Origin: Desulfatiglandales bacterium
GTDB lineage: Bacteria; Desulfobacterota; DSM-4660; Desulfatiglandales; Desulfatiglandaceae
Direction of reading: 5' to 3'
Assembly (NCBI GenBank): GCA_963662465.1
Contig: OY759599.1
Coordinates: forward strand, 2,304,001 to 2,368,000
Length of the DNA: 64,000 bases
Under the pieces are notes generated by a model. The model was not told the DNA's origin, made no database searches, and was given only the letters and a program-made list of their open reading frames with translations. The translations under genes and the position numbers were made by a program. Numbering within the stretch: position 1 is the first letter of the stretch; the number at the start of each line of letters is the position of its first letter. This document shows, piece after piece, positions 10,002-19,469 of the stretch.

Positions 10002-11299
10002 ATCCTACACTGGTTGGCGTTATCGGAATTTTGGTATTGATACTGGTATTCTTCACACGAATGCCGGTTGCTTATGTCATGACCATGGTGGGCTACGTGG
10101 GCTTCAGTTTTCTGGTTTCCGGTTCTGCCGGGCTGAAGCTTCTGGCCCGGGACTTCTATGAAGTCTATTCCTCCTATGGTCTCACCATTATCCCCATGTT
10201 CGTTTTCATGGGCCAGATCGCATTCAATGCCGGCATCAGTCGGAAGCTTTATGACTCGGCTTATCATTTTGTGGGCTCCTACCGCGGCGGCCTGGCCACG
10301 GCCACCGTTTGCGCCTGTACCGCCTTCGGCGCAGTCAGTGGATCAAGCCCGGCAACAGCCGCCACCATGGCAACGGTGGGACTGCCGGAAATGAAACGGT
10401 ACAAATACGCGCCCGAGCTTTCCTGCGGTTCTGTTGCCAGCGGTGGGGGCTTAGGCATGCTCATGCCCCCCAGCGTGGTCCTGATTGTCTATGGTATTCT
10501 GACGGAACAGTCCATCGGAGCGCTGTTTGTGGCCGGCATTATTCCAGCACTGTTCATCACCCTCTGTTTTGCGGTGGCCATATCCGTCTATTGCTGGAAA
10601 TATCCGCTCCAGGGTCCTGCCGGCGATAAATTTACGTGGGGAGAGAAAATCCGCTCACTAAGTAAAATCGGCGAAACCCTGGTGGTCTTCCTCCTGGTCA
10701 TGGGCGGCCTGTTTACCGGGATTTTTACCCCCACCGAAGCCGGCGGGATCGGATCGGCGGCGGTCCTGTTGGTGGCGGTCCTGCGCAAACAGCTTTCCTG
10801 GAAAGGTTTTGTCAAATCCATCAATGAAACCCTGCGCACCTCCTGTATGGTGCTGCTGCTCATTGCCGGCGCCACCATTTTCGGGCATTTTCTGGCCATC
10901 AGCCGTATTCCCTTCAATGTGGCCAGTTGGGTGGCCGGACTCAACATGCCCGCTTTTGCGGTAGTCATCGTGATCATGCTGGTGTATCTCATCGGGGGAT
11001 GCTTTATCGACGCTCTGGCCCTCATTATGCTAACCATTCCCATCTTTTATCCCATTATCATCAATCTGGGCTATGATCCCATATGGTTCGGGATCATTAT
11101 CGTTCTGGTGACCCAGATGGGCGTCATCACACCGCCGGTGGGCATCAACGTGTATGTGGTGGCGGGGATAGCCAAAGATGTTCGGCTGGAAACTATTTTC
11201 AAAGGGGTACTCCCCTTTTTGATTGCTCTAATTTTCGGAACCCTTTTCCTGATCGCGGTTCCTCAGATCACGCTCTGGTTGCCCAGAATGATGTATTAA
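9998..11299 (+). CDS. dctM: TRAP transporter large permease
   Basis: IPMFVFMG, GSSPATAA, PPSVVLIVYG, FTPTEAG, ITPPVGINVY. Confidence 0.92.
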   Translation: MNPTLVGVIGILVLILVFFTRMPVAYVMTMVGYVGFSFLVSGSAGLKLLARDFYEVYSSYGLTIIPMFVFMGQIAFNAGISRKLYDSAYHFVGSYRGGLATATVCACTAFGAVSGSSPATAATMATVGLPEMKRYKYAPELSCGSVASGGGLGMLMPPSVVLIVYGILTEQSIGALFVAGIIPALFITLCFAVAISVYCWKYPLQGPAGDKFTWGEKIRSLSKIGETLVVFLLVMGGLFTGIFTPTEAGGIGSAAVLLVAVLRKQLSWKGFVKSINETLRTSCMVLLLIAGATIFGHFLAISRIPFNVASWVAGLNMPAFAVVIVIMLVYLIGGCFIDALALIMLTIPIFYPIIINLGYDPIWFGIIIVLVTQMGVITPPVGINVYVVAGIAKDVRLETIFKGVLPFLIALIFGTLFLIAVPQITLWLPRMMY

Positions 11300-11324
11300 C
11301 CCTGAAACCCTTTAGGAGGATTTT

Positions 11325-12662
11325 TTGATTGTGGAAACCCCTTACTGGAATCCTTATCTCGAAACCCTTGACCCGGAAGTGCTCAAGGAAATTCAACTGA
11401 AAAAATTCCAGAATATTGTCTCCTGGGCTTTTGAACGTTCACCCTATTATAGAGAAATCTACAGCCAAGCAGGACTTGAACCGGGGGACATACAGTCATG
11501 GGAGGACGTCTCAAAAGTCCCCAAAATGGACAAGGCCCGACTCAAAGAGGGACAGGCAGGCGATCCTTTTCCCTACGGCCGGCTGCTCTGCCAGCCCCTT
11601 GAAGAAATCACCGAATTTCGTCAAACTTCCGGAACCACGGGAAAGCCGGTTTACCAGGCGGATTCCTGGGCCGACTGGGAATGGTGGTCGGAATCCTGGT
11701 GCTACATTCTCTGGTCCCAGGGATACCGTGCAAGTGACCGGGTTTTCTTTCCTTTTGGATACAACGTGTTCGTGGCCTTCTGGGCGGCCCATTACGCCGC
11801 CGAGAAACTGGGGTGTGAAGTGGTGCCGGGGGGTGTTCTGGATACGGCCTCCCGAGTCCTTAAAATACAGGAGCTCCAAACCACGGCCATGATGGGCACC
11901 CCTACCTACCTGCTCAATATGGCGGATGTAGCGCTGAACCGTTTGGGCATAGATCCGGTAACCCTGCCCATTAAACGCATTACCTGCGCCGGAGAGCCGG
12001 GGGCCTCCATTCCCGCCACCAAGAAAAGGCTGGAGGATGCCTGGGGAGCCAAAGTATTCGACCATGCGGGAGCCACCGAAATCGGCGCATGGAGCTATGA
12101 ATGCAGCGAACAACCCGGCGGTCTTCACGTAAACGAAGGCCTGTTTCTCGTGGAAATTGAAGACGTGGACACGGGCGTTTTGATTACGGAACCCGGCAAA
12201 AAAGGAAAGATGATCATCAGCGCATTTGATCGATTTGCCCAACCCTGTATCCGTTTCGATTCCAAAGATATCATCGAATGGCAAAAAGAGTCCTGCCCCT
12301 GCGGGCGAACCTACCGGCTCATCAAGGGGGGGGTTCAAGGTCGCGCCGACGATATCACGAAAGTCAAAGGCGTGCTGCTGTCGCCTTCGGCCATTGAAGA
12401 GGTGGTCAGAGGATTCTCCGAGCTTTCCGATGAATATGAAGTTATTGTGGAACGGATCGGCGACAATGAGAAAATCACCCTGAAGATTGAGTTGGTTTCA
12501 GGCGCCGAATCCAGCGAAAAAGAGATCCTGGCCCGTCTGTCCAACGCCCTCAGGTTAAACACCAACCTGGGGTATATCATCGAGGTTCATCCCCAGGGCA
12601 CACTTCCACGGTATGAAGTCAAAGCCCGGAGATTCAAAGACCTGAGGAAGATTCACGGATAA
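11325..12662 (+). CDS. paaK: Phenylacetate--CoA ligase family protein
   Basis: TSGTTGKP P-loop, AGEPG, HAGATE, GRADD, KARRFKDLR. Confidence 0.8.
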   Translation: MIVETPYWNPYLETLDPEVLKEIQLKKFQNIVSWAFERSPYYREIYSQAGLEPGDIQSWEDVSKVPKMDKARLKEGQAGDPFPYGRLLCQPLEEITEFRQTSGTTGKPVYQADSWADWEWWSESWCYILWSQGYRASDRVFFPFGYNVFVAFWAAHYAAEKLGCEVVPGGVLDTASRVLKIQELQTTAMMGTPTYLLNMADVALNRLGIDPVTLPIKRITCAGEPGASIPATKKRLEDAWGAKVFDHAGATEIGAWSYECSEQPGGLHVNEGLFLVEIEDVDTGVLITEPGKKGKMIISAFDRFAQPCIRFDSKDIIEWQKESCPCGRTYRLIKGGVQGRADDITKVKGVLLSPSAIEEVVRGFSELSDEYEVIVERIGDNEKITLKIELVSGAESSEKEILARLSNALRLNTNLGYIIEVHPQGTLPRYEVKARRFKDLRKIHG

Positions 12663-12676
12663 AAAAAGGAAATGCA

Positions 12677-12865
12677 TTGGAAACAGAAAAAGTGAACAAA
12701 ATTCGACGGAGCATGGAAAACCTCGCAAAGGATGCTGAAATTCTTGCATCCGAGGCGAATGGTTTTCCAGCGATTCTACAAAATACCCAGCGATTAAAGG
12801 CATGCATCCGCATGATGAAAATCAGTCTGGGAGAGATCAGCATGACGCCAAAAAAGATCTCTTGA
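12677..12865 (+). CDS. Small hypothetical protein
   Basis: 62-aa ORF with AAGGA RBS directly after the ligase. Confidence 0.5.
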   Translation: METEKVNKIRRSMENLAKDAEILASEANGFPAILQNTQRLKACIRMMKISLGEISMTPKKIS

Positions 12866-12880
12866 GTCGCAAAAAGTTGT

Positions 12881-14764
12881 TTAAAAATCCTTAAAATCAT
12901 CATCATCATCCAAGGGGAGTACTTTCATGGGATCGGGTTGGGTTGCTTTTCGGGGAAGCAACTTTCGGCTCCCCTTGGAATGGGTTGGCCTTTGCGCAGT
13001 AACCGTTCTATGGGCAGTCGCCAAAGGCGGTTCGTCATCATTTTTTCCCCCTTTTCCACTAATTAGCGTTGACAACTCACGCACCGTTGCTTTCATCTCA
13101 AGGGATTGGGCACTCATTTCTTCAGAAGCCGATGCGGATTCCTCGGCATTGGCCGCCACCTGCTGAACCACCTTATCCATTTCGGAAACCGCCCGGTTGA
13201 TCTGCTCAATCCCCTGGGCCTGTTCATCGGATGCGGCGGCAATTTCACTCACAAGCTCTCCCACTTTAACGGAACTTTGATTTAACTGAGCAAAGGCATC
13301 GCTGGTCCGGCTCACAAAACCCGAGCCGTCATGCACCTTTTTCACCGTGCCTTCAATCAACACCGCCGTATTCTTAGCCGCTTCGGCGGCACGCATGGCC
13401 AGGTTTCGCACTTCGTCGGCCACCACGGCAAATCCGGCCCCGGCCTCCCCCGCTCTTGCCGCTTCCACCGCAGCATTCAAGGCCAGCAGATTGGTTTGAA
13501 ACGCAATCTCATCAATGGTCTTGATGATCTTGGACGTTTCCTCGCTGGCATTGGAGATATCCGCCATAGATACGGTCAACTGTTCCATGGCGTCATTGGC
13601 CTGTTTTCCAAAATCACCCACTTCTTTCATCAAGCTATCCGCTTGCCGGGCATTACCCGCATTCTGCTTAGTCATGGAAGACATTTCTTCCATGGAAGAA
13701 GAGGTCTCCTCGATGGCTGCTGCCTGCTCCCCAGCCCCTTCCGCCAAAGACTGGCTTGAAGCAGACACCTGGTCGGCCCCGGCGGCCACCTGTTCCGATC
13801 CCTGCTTCAGCCCGTTCACAATTCGATTGATGGGTTTCACAATGGACTGCACCAGCAATAAAATGACGATTGCGGCAAGCAACACTACGCCCAGGGCAAC
13901 TCCCAAGTTCCAATAGCTGAGATTTCTCACCGACACCAATATTTCAGCGGTGTTGGCTGAAATACCCAGAGTCCACCCCACCTCCGGGATCGTCCTGAAA
14001 ACGACCATTTTGTCAAGGCCCTTGTCTTCATACTCGATAAGGCCATTACCCTGGGCTAACATTCTTTTTCCAAAATCAAAATCATTCATGTTGAGTTTCA
14101 GAATATTGCTTTTATCCGGGTGGCAAATCAGGAATCCGCTTTTTTCGTAGATATAGGCATAGCCCGTTTTGCCGATCTTAATGGGATCAACGAACAGATG
14201 GGTAAAGGAATTCAAATCTACAACACCGAAAAGGACCCCCGTTACCTGGTCTTTCTCCTTGATGGGAGCGGAAACAACAAAAACGGGATTGCCGGTCCCC
14301 TTGCTTTTCATAACCTTGGAAATATAGACTTTTCCTTCCATGGACGCCGTAAAATAGGCCCGATCTTTCACGTTTATTTTATTGATAATTTTTTCGTTGG
14401 AAGCTGAAACAAGCTCACCCGATGTGTCGGCAACACAAATATCCTCATAATACTGATAGTCGGCCTTAACCTTTGCCAATTCGGAGTCGGCTGATTTTCG
14501 TGCCGCCTTACCGATAAAGGAGTCTTTTACCGCCGTCATGTACATCTTCTGGCGGCTCCAGTTGGACACATTGAGTTTTTGATCTTTGATCCATGCATCG
14601 ATCACCTTCCGCGTCGAATCCGCTATCTGTTCAAGCCGCGAAACAATCTCTTGTTCAAGAGCGTTCTTTGCCTTAATGTAAGACACGACCGTGGAGGTTC
14701 CCATGCCGAGGATAATCAGCAAAAGCATGGGAAACAAAAACTTGTTTCTCAAATTCATTTTCAT
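12881..14764 (-). CDS. Methyl-accepting chemotaxis protein with dCache sensor
   Basis: Two TM helices flanking a Cache domain; [37 protein letters not shown]. Confidence 0.95.
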   Translation of the reverse strand: MKMNLRNKFLFPMLLLIILGMGTSTVVSYIKAKNALEQEIVSRLEQIADSTRKVIDAWIKDQKLNVSNWSRQKMYMTAVKDSFIGKAARKSADSELAKVKADYQYYEDICVADTSGELVSASNEKIINKINVKDRAYFTASMEGKVYISKVMKSKGTGNPVFVVSAPIKEKDQVTGVLFGVVDLNSFTHLFVDPIKIGKTGYAYIYEKSGFLICHPDKSNILKLNMNDFDFGKRMLAQGNGLIEYEDKGLDKMVVFRTIPEVGWTLGISANTAEILVSVRNLSYWNLGVALGVVLLAAIVILLLVQSIVKPINRIVNGLKQGSEQVAAGADQVSASSQSLAEGAGEQAAAIEETSSSMEEMSSMTKQNAGNARQADSLMKEVGDFGKQANDAMEQLTVSMADISNASEETSKIIKTIDEIAFQTNLLALNAAVEAARAGEAGAGFAVVADEVRNLAMRAAEAAKNTAVLIEGTVKKVHDGSGFVSRTSDAFAQLNQSSVKVGELVSEIAAASDEQAQGIEQINRAVSEMDKVVQQVAANAEESASASEEMSAQSLEMKATVRELSTLISGKGGKNDDEPPLATAHRTVTAQRPTHSKGSRKLLPRKATQPDPMKVLPLDDDDDFKDF

Positions 14765-14855
14765 TGGAATGCCTCATTTCTTTTTGTAAAGATAAAGAAA
14801 ATTATCTGTCAAACACCGTTTTTTTGACTTTTTGGGAATGGAAAAAAATAATGCC

Positions 14856-16511
14856 CTAACGCTTATCCAGATCCAGAATCCGTCTTATCTTTTGGGACAT
14901 TCGGATCAAATCAAACGGCTTCTGGATAAAATCATTACATCCTCGATCCAAAATTTCCTGCGCCTGACCTCTAAGGCCATAGCCGCTCGACAACAGCACC
15001 CTTACATCAGGGTTAATCTCCTTCAAGCTGTCATAAACAACGCCCCCTCCCATGTCCGGCATGACCATGTCAAGAATAACCAACTGAACATCCTCTTTAT
15101 TTTCCCGGTAAACCGCTATGGCATCCTTGCCGCTTGCAGCAACGAAAACATGGTATCCCAAATTCGCCAGCAGTTCTTTGGCGGTCTCAATGATCAACGC
15201 CTCATCATCCACCAAAAGAATTACCTCGTCGCCTTTCAATAACGCTTCCGCAGACTCTTTCTCTTTCGTGATTTGTTTTCCGGATGTGGGCAGATACAAA
15301 TCAAAGGTTGTCCCGTGACCTTTTTCACTGTAAACGTTGATAGCCCCCCCGTGGTTTTTGATGATGCCGTAAGCCGTCGCCAAACCCAGGCCCGAACCGC
15401 GGCCCATCCCCTTTGTGGTGAAAAACGGTTCAAAGATCCGCCTCAGTGTTGCCCTGTCCATCCCCACGCCCGTATCCGTAATGGATATTTTCACGTAACG
15501 ACCGGGGCTAATGTCATAGGGCCGTGCATAGGCCTCTTCAAGGGCGACGGTTTCAGTGCAAAGATACAAATCCCCACCATCAGGCATGGCGTGCCAGGCA
15601 TTCAAATAAATATTCAGCAACACCTGCTCAATCTGCCTTCGATCCATATCAACCGTCTGGATATTCTGCTGGTACTTTCGGTGAATTCTAATTTCCTTTC
15701 GGGTACGGCCAAACAAATCGGCGCTTTTTTCAACAATTTTATTTGCATCCTCGGGCTTCACCTCGTACTTCCCGCCTCTGGCAAAACCGAGCAGTTGTTT
15801 GGAAAGAGTGGCTGCGCTTCTCACATACCCTTCTATTTCTTTTAAATGCCCACAAAAAGGATGATCTGAGTTAATTCCCATGAGCATCAGGGAGACCCGT
15901 CCCTGAATTCCCATCAAAAGATTATTGAAATCATGCGCAACCCCACCTGCCAGAGTACCGATGGCTTTCATTTTCTGTGCCTGCCAGAACTGGGTTTCCA
16001 ATCGCTTTCTTTCGGAGATATCCCGAATGACCACCAGCATTCCCGAAGGGTTCCCTTCATGGTCGTTATAACGCGATGCACTCAGGCTGACGTCTATCAC
16101 TTCCCCATCCTTTGTGAGCCGTTTGGTCTCATAACCGTGGCACATTGTCCCTTCCTTGATGAGATCATCAATAATGACCATGGTCGTGGCCATTTCGGAT
16201 TCCGGAACAAAGGGAACCCGCTTTCCCTCCAATTCCGCTTGGCGCCATCCGAATATCTCCGTAAAGGAAGGACTTACATATTGACAGAGCCCCTTCATGT
16301 CGTAGATGACGATGGCATCCGCCGAAGAATGAATCAGGGAACGATAAACCTCTTCATTCCTTCTGGAGTTCTCGTACAGGCGTTTATACTGCTCCTTGCT
16401 CATCTTAAGGGCCTCTTCCGCCCGATCCTGGATATCCTCCAGGGTGAAGATGTATTCTTGAAGTTTTCGCCTCCCGGTCTCGTCCTGTTCCACCGTTTCG
16501 TCTCCCTCCAA
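14856..16511 (-). CDS. Cytoplasmic PAS-HisKA-HATPase-REC hybrid histidine kinase
   Basis: PAS; AHDFNNLL; FEPFFTTK GLGL; receiver LVDDE...LDMVMP...KPF. Confidence 0.92.
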   Translation of the reverse strand: MEGDETVEQDETGRRKLQEYIFTLEDIQDRAEEALKMSKEQYKRLYENSRRNEEVYRSLIHSSADAIVIYDMKGLCQYVSPSFTEIFGWRQAELEGKRVPFVPESEMATTMVIIDDLIKEGTMCHGYETKRLTKDGEVIDVSLSASRYNDHEGNPSGMLVVIRDISERKRLETQFWQAQKMKAIGTLAGGVAHDFNNLLMGIQGRVSLMLMGINSDHPFCGHLKEIEGYVRSAATLSKQLLGFARGGKYEVKPEDANKIVEKSADLFGRTRKEIRIHRKYQQNIQTVDMDRRQIEQVLLNIYLNAWHAMPDGGDLYLCTETVALEEAYARPYDISPGRYVKISITDTGVGMDRATLRRIFEPFFTTKGMGRGSGLGLATAYGIIKNHGGAINVYSEKGHGTTFDLYLPTSGKQITKEKESAEALLKGDEVILLVDDEALIIETAKELLANLGYHVFVAASGKDAIAVYRENKEDVQLVILDMVMPDMGGGVVYDSLKEINPDVRVLLSSGYGLRGQAQEILDRGCNDFIQKPFDLIRMSQKIRRILDLDKR

Positions 16512-16513
16512 AG

Positions 16514-16885
16514 TTATTTCTCGTACGCCCTTATCTCTCCTAAGATGTCGGGAAAGCTGATCGGTTTGCAGAGATACCGGTCCGCGCCTGCTTTAAGGCC
16601 CACCTTGATCTCATTGGCCTGAGCCTTTGCCGAAAGTATGATTACGGGAATATGTTTCGTTTCGGTATTTGATTTGATCCTCTTACATACTTCGATGCCA
16701 TTCAATTTGGGCAATTTTACATCCAATAAAATGATATCGGGTCGCTCTGAAGAGACCTGACTGAGCGCCTCCTCGCCATCCGCGGCGGTATACACCGAGT
16801 AGCCCAGCTTGCTTAGTTTTCGCTGCAAGTAAGCATAAATAGGCTCTTCATCATCCACCACAAGAATCTTTTTGATTCTCGCCAC
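16514..16885 (-). CDS. Single-domain response regulator
   Basis: ILVVDDE, LLDVKLP, KP. Confidence 0.92.
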   Translation of the reverse strand: MARIKKILVVDDEEPIYAYLQRKLSKLGYSVYTAADGEEALSQVSSERPDIILLDVKLPKLNGIEVCKRIKSNTETKHIPVIILSAKAQANEIKVGLKAGADRYLCKPISFPDILGEIRAYEK

Positions 16886-16934
16886 AAGTTCCTCCTTCTG
16901 AAACCCCTCATATTTAAAGCGGCAAGCCGCGGTT

Positions 16935-19469
16935 TTAAATTTTAAGTTTTAAGTTTTCCGGGTTTAGATTCCGTTCCCGGTTAATCGGTACGTGAACAAC
17001 AAAAACCGTTCCTTTTCGGTCACCGCCAAGGGGCAGATCCGGAAACCTGCCTTCGGGGATTGGGCTTTCAAAATAGATGCTTCCGCCGTGTTCTTCCACA
17101 ATGCCCTTCGCGATGGTCAGGCCCAAACCGCTCCCTCCCACCTTTTGGCTCATAATGCTGTCTGCCTGGAAAAATCGGTCAAACACTTTTTCATGCACCG
17201 CAGGCGGAATGCCGTAGCCATTATCGGCCACTGAAAGGACGATGTCATCTCCTTTTTCTTCCGCGCCAATCAATATTTTGCCGCTTTCGGGCGTATATTT
17301 TACGGCATTGCTCAACAGGTTCACGACCACCTGAATCATCCGCTCTCCATCCACCTGAATATCGGGCAATTTGGATGAATAACGTTCAATGGCCAGATGA
17401 CCATAAGCTTCAATCAGCTGGGAAACTTCACTGACGGCGCTTTTGATAATGTGCTGGATCGATACGCACGCCATATTGAGATCAAACTTTCGGGACTCAA
17501 TTCTTGAAAGATCTAGTAGATTATCCACCAGAACCATGAGCCGGGCAATCCCGTCATTCACAATCTGAAGATCTTCCCGGGTCTCATCGTTGATCTCGCC
17601 GGCGTAACCCTCCAAAATACCGGATACGCCCAGGAGCATGGCATGAATGGGCGTTCTGAACTCGTGGGAAGCGATGGTCACGAATTCAGACTTCATTCTG
17701 TCCACCGCTGAAACAGCACCGGCCATTTCGTTGAACGACCTGGCCAGTTGCCCGATCTCATCCGTTGATTTGACCTCAATTTGCTGATCCAGATCTCCCC
17801 TGCTGATGGCCATGGCGCCCTCGGTTAACCGCTTCAGAGGTCGGGTGATATTGAGACCCAGGAAAATGGCGGCACAGATGACGGCCAAAGCCGCGGTGAC
17901 GGCGATAATCGTAATCAGGCGGCGATTTCTGTCGGCGCTGTCTTCAATGAGCGCCTTGGCCCTGTCATTGGCGCTTCTGATATCCTCTTCCTGCCGGGAA
18001 ATACTGTTTTCAATGCCTTCCCGGGTCTTGTTGGCGGCCTTATGAAAATCATCCACATTGGCCCCGATGGTAACATAGCCAAAACCCCTTTTGGAAGCAC
18101 CATAGGCCCCAGTATAGTAAGGCACCGCCGCATAGGTGGTCAATTTCCACAATCCGCTCCAAAGGATCAAAAATGATCCGGCCCCCCCATCTTCCGTTCC
18201 CCGGTGCCATCCCTCACACTGGGGGGCCGTATCGAGTATGCGGCAATCCAGTGCGATTTCGCCGGACTTCAATTGATCCTTCGAACCCCCTTTTTTTTGG
18301 GTGAACTCCCTGAAAGACGGCAACTGTTTCAGAAAATCCTTCAAACTCAAACCGCTGGTCTTGTATTCATCATAAGTATCCTGACTGATCCATCCGGGGA
18401 CCTCTTCTCCCGTTTCAGGATCGTATCCGCAAATAAAAAAATCCCGAGCGTGTGAAATACATTGGTCCTGATCGTCCCAGAGAAAGGCGTAATTGCCTGA
18501 ACCGCCATCTGACAATTCGGAAAACCGTTCTTCGGTAGGAACAATGTGGTCCGTAAACTCCATGACATGCATATGGTCCAGTGCCATGGTTAAATAACCG
18601 GTTTTCTTTCCATTTTCAAAAACAGGCGTGGCCCACCGAATAATCCCCTCAAACTTATCCCCACCGGGATTCTCCCATCCGGCATGGGCACTTCCCGGCT
18701 TTACCCTGACGCCTTCCGAACTTTTGTAGAGCCACCCCTTCCGGTAGGCCCCGATAACCCGCGAAACATAAATTTCACCCTGTTTCAGGGTCGAGAGATG
18801 AAGAAAATAGTCTTCAGCTTTACAGAAGGTGTTTTCTCTTTGGCTCACATCTTTCAACTCATTGGAAAGATGACCGTTTATGACTTTTATTGTTTCATTT
18901 CCCGACAGATCAACAAAGGTAATTTCCCTGTAAATGGGTTTCGATATTCGCTTAAAATCATCCGGGGACCTGTGGTGCCAGCTGACCCTGTTGGCGGGGT
19001 TGGACCAGAGCAATCCAATGGAATCCCCGGACACCGTCTCACGAGGCAGGTTACGGGGAACAATCACATCCTTGACGCTCGAAAGATAAACCAAACGATA
19101 TTTTTCGGGATCGGGTTTGAAAGCGGCCAGCACAAGGATATCGTTGTCTCTTTCATAGAGAAAATCCGCGATCCTGATGGCCAGTTCCAGGGTCCTTAAT
19201 TCAATGGCCTCCCTGGATTTGTCATCCAGGGCATGCACGCTGTCTTCGATGGCCACTTCCCCGATTTCCCGGGCCGCCTTCAAATTCTTCTCGCCCATCC
19301 CCGTGGCAATAACTGTAGACTCCAAACCGGTTTGGGCCATATTTTTGTTCGCCATGTACCCCAGAATAATTAGAGGGCTTATGGAGAGAACCAGAAAAAA
19401 CAGAAGAAGTTTTGGAAAAATTCCCAGGAACGGGATTTTTGCCTTTACCATTTTCTTTGTCTTCTTCAT
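16935..19469 (-). CDS. Membrane sensor histidine kinase with large periplasmic domain and HAMP
   Basis: TM-periplasmic-TM-HAMP; ASHEFRTP; NLLSNAVKY; GSGLGL; start set at ATG 19469 (ATGA overlap with upstream stop). Confidence 0.9.
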   Translation of the reverse strand: MKKTKKMVKAKIPFLGIFPKLLLFFLVLSISPLIILGYMANKNMAQTGLESTVIATGMGEKNLKAAREIGEVAIEDSVHALDDKSREAIELRTLELAIRIADFLYERDNDILVLAAFKPDPEKYRLVYLSSVKDVIVPRNLPRETVSGDSIGLLWSNPANRVSWHHRSPDDFKRISKPIYREITFVDLSGNETIKVINGHLSNELKDVSQRENTFCKAEDYFLHLSTLKQGEIYVSRVIGAYRKGWLYKSSEGVRVKPGSAHAGWENPGGDKFEGIIRWATPVFENGKKTGYLTMALDHMHVMEFTDHIVPTEERFSELSDGGSGNYAFLWDDQDQCISHARDFFICGYDPETGEEVPGWISQDTYDEYKTSGLSLKDFLKQLPSFREFTQKKGGSKDQLKSGEIALDCRILDTAPQCEGWHRGTEDGGAGSFLILWSGLWKLTTYAAVPYYTGAYGASKRGFGYVTIGANVDDFHKAANKTREGIENSISRQEEDIRSANDRAKALIEDSADRNRRLITIIAVTAALAVICAAIFLGLNITRPLKRLTEGAMAISRGDLDQQIEVKSTDEIGQLARSFNEMAGAVSAVDRMKSEFVTIASHEFRTPIHAMLLGVSGILEGYAGEINDETREDLQIVNDGIARLMVLVDNLLDLSRIESRKFDLNMACVSIQHIIKSAVSEVSQLIEAYGHLAIERYSSKLPDIQVDGERMIQVVVNLLSNAVKYTPESGKILIGAEEKGDDIVLSVADNGYGIPPAVHEKVFDRFFQADSIMSQKVGGSGLGLTIAKGIVEEHGGSIYFESPIPEGRFPDLPLGGDRKGTVFVVHVPINRERNLNPENLKLKI

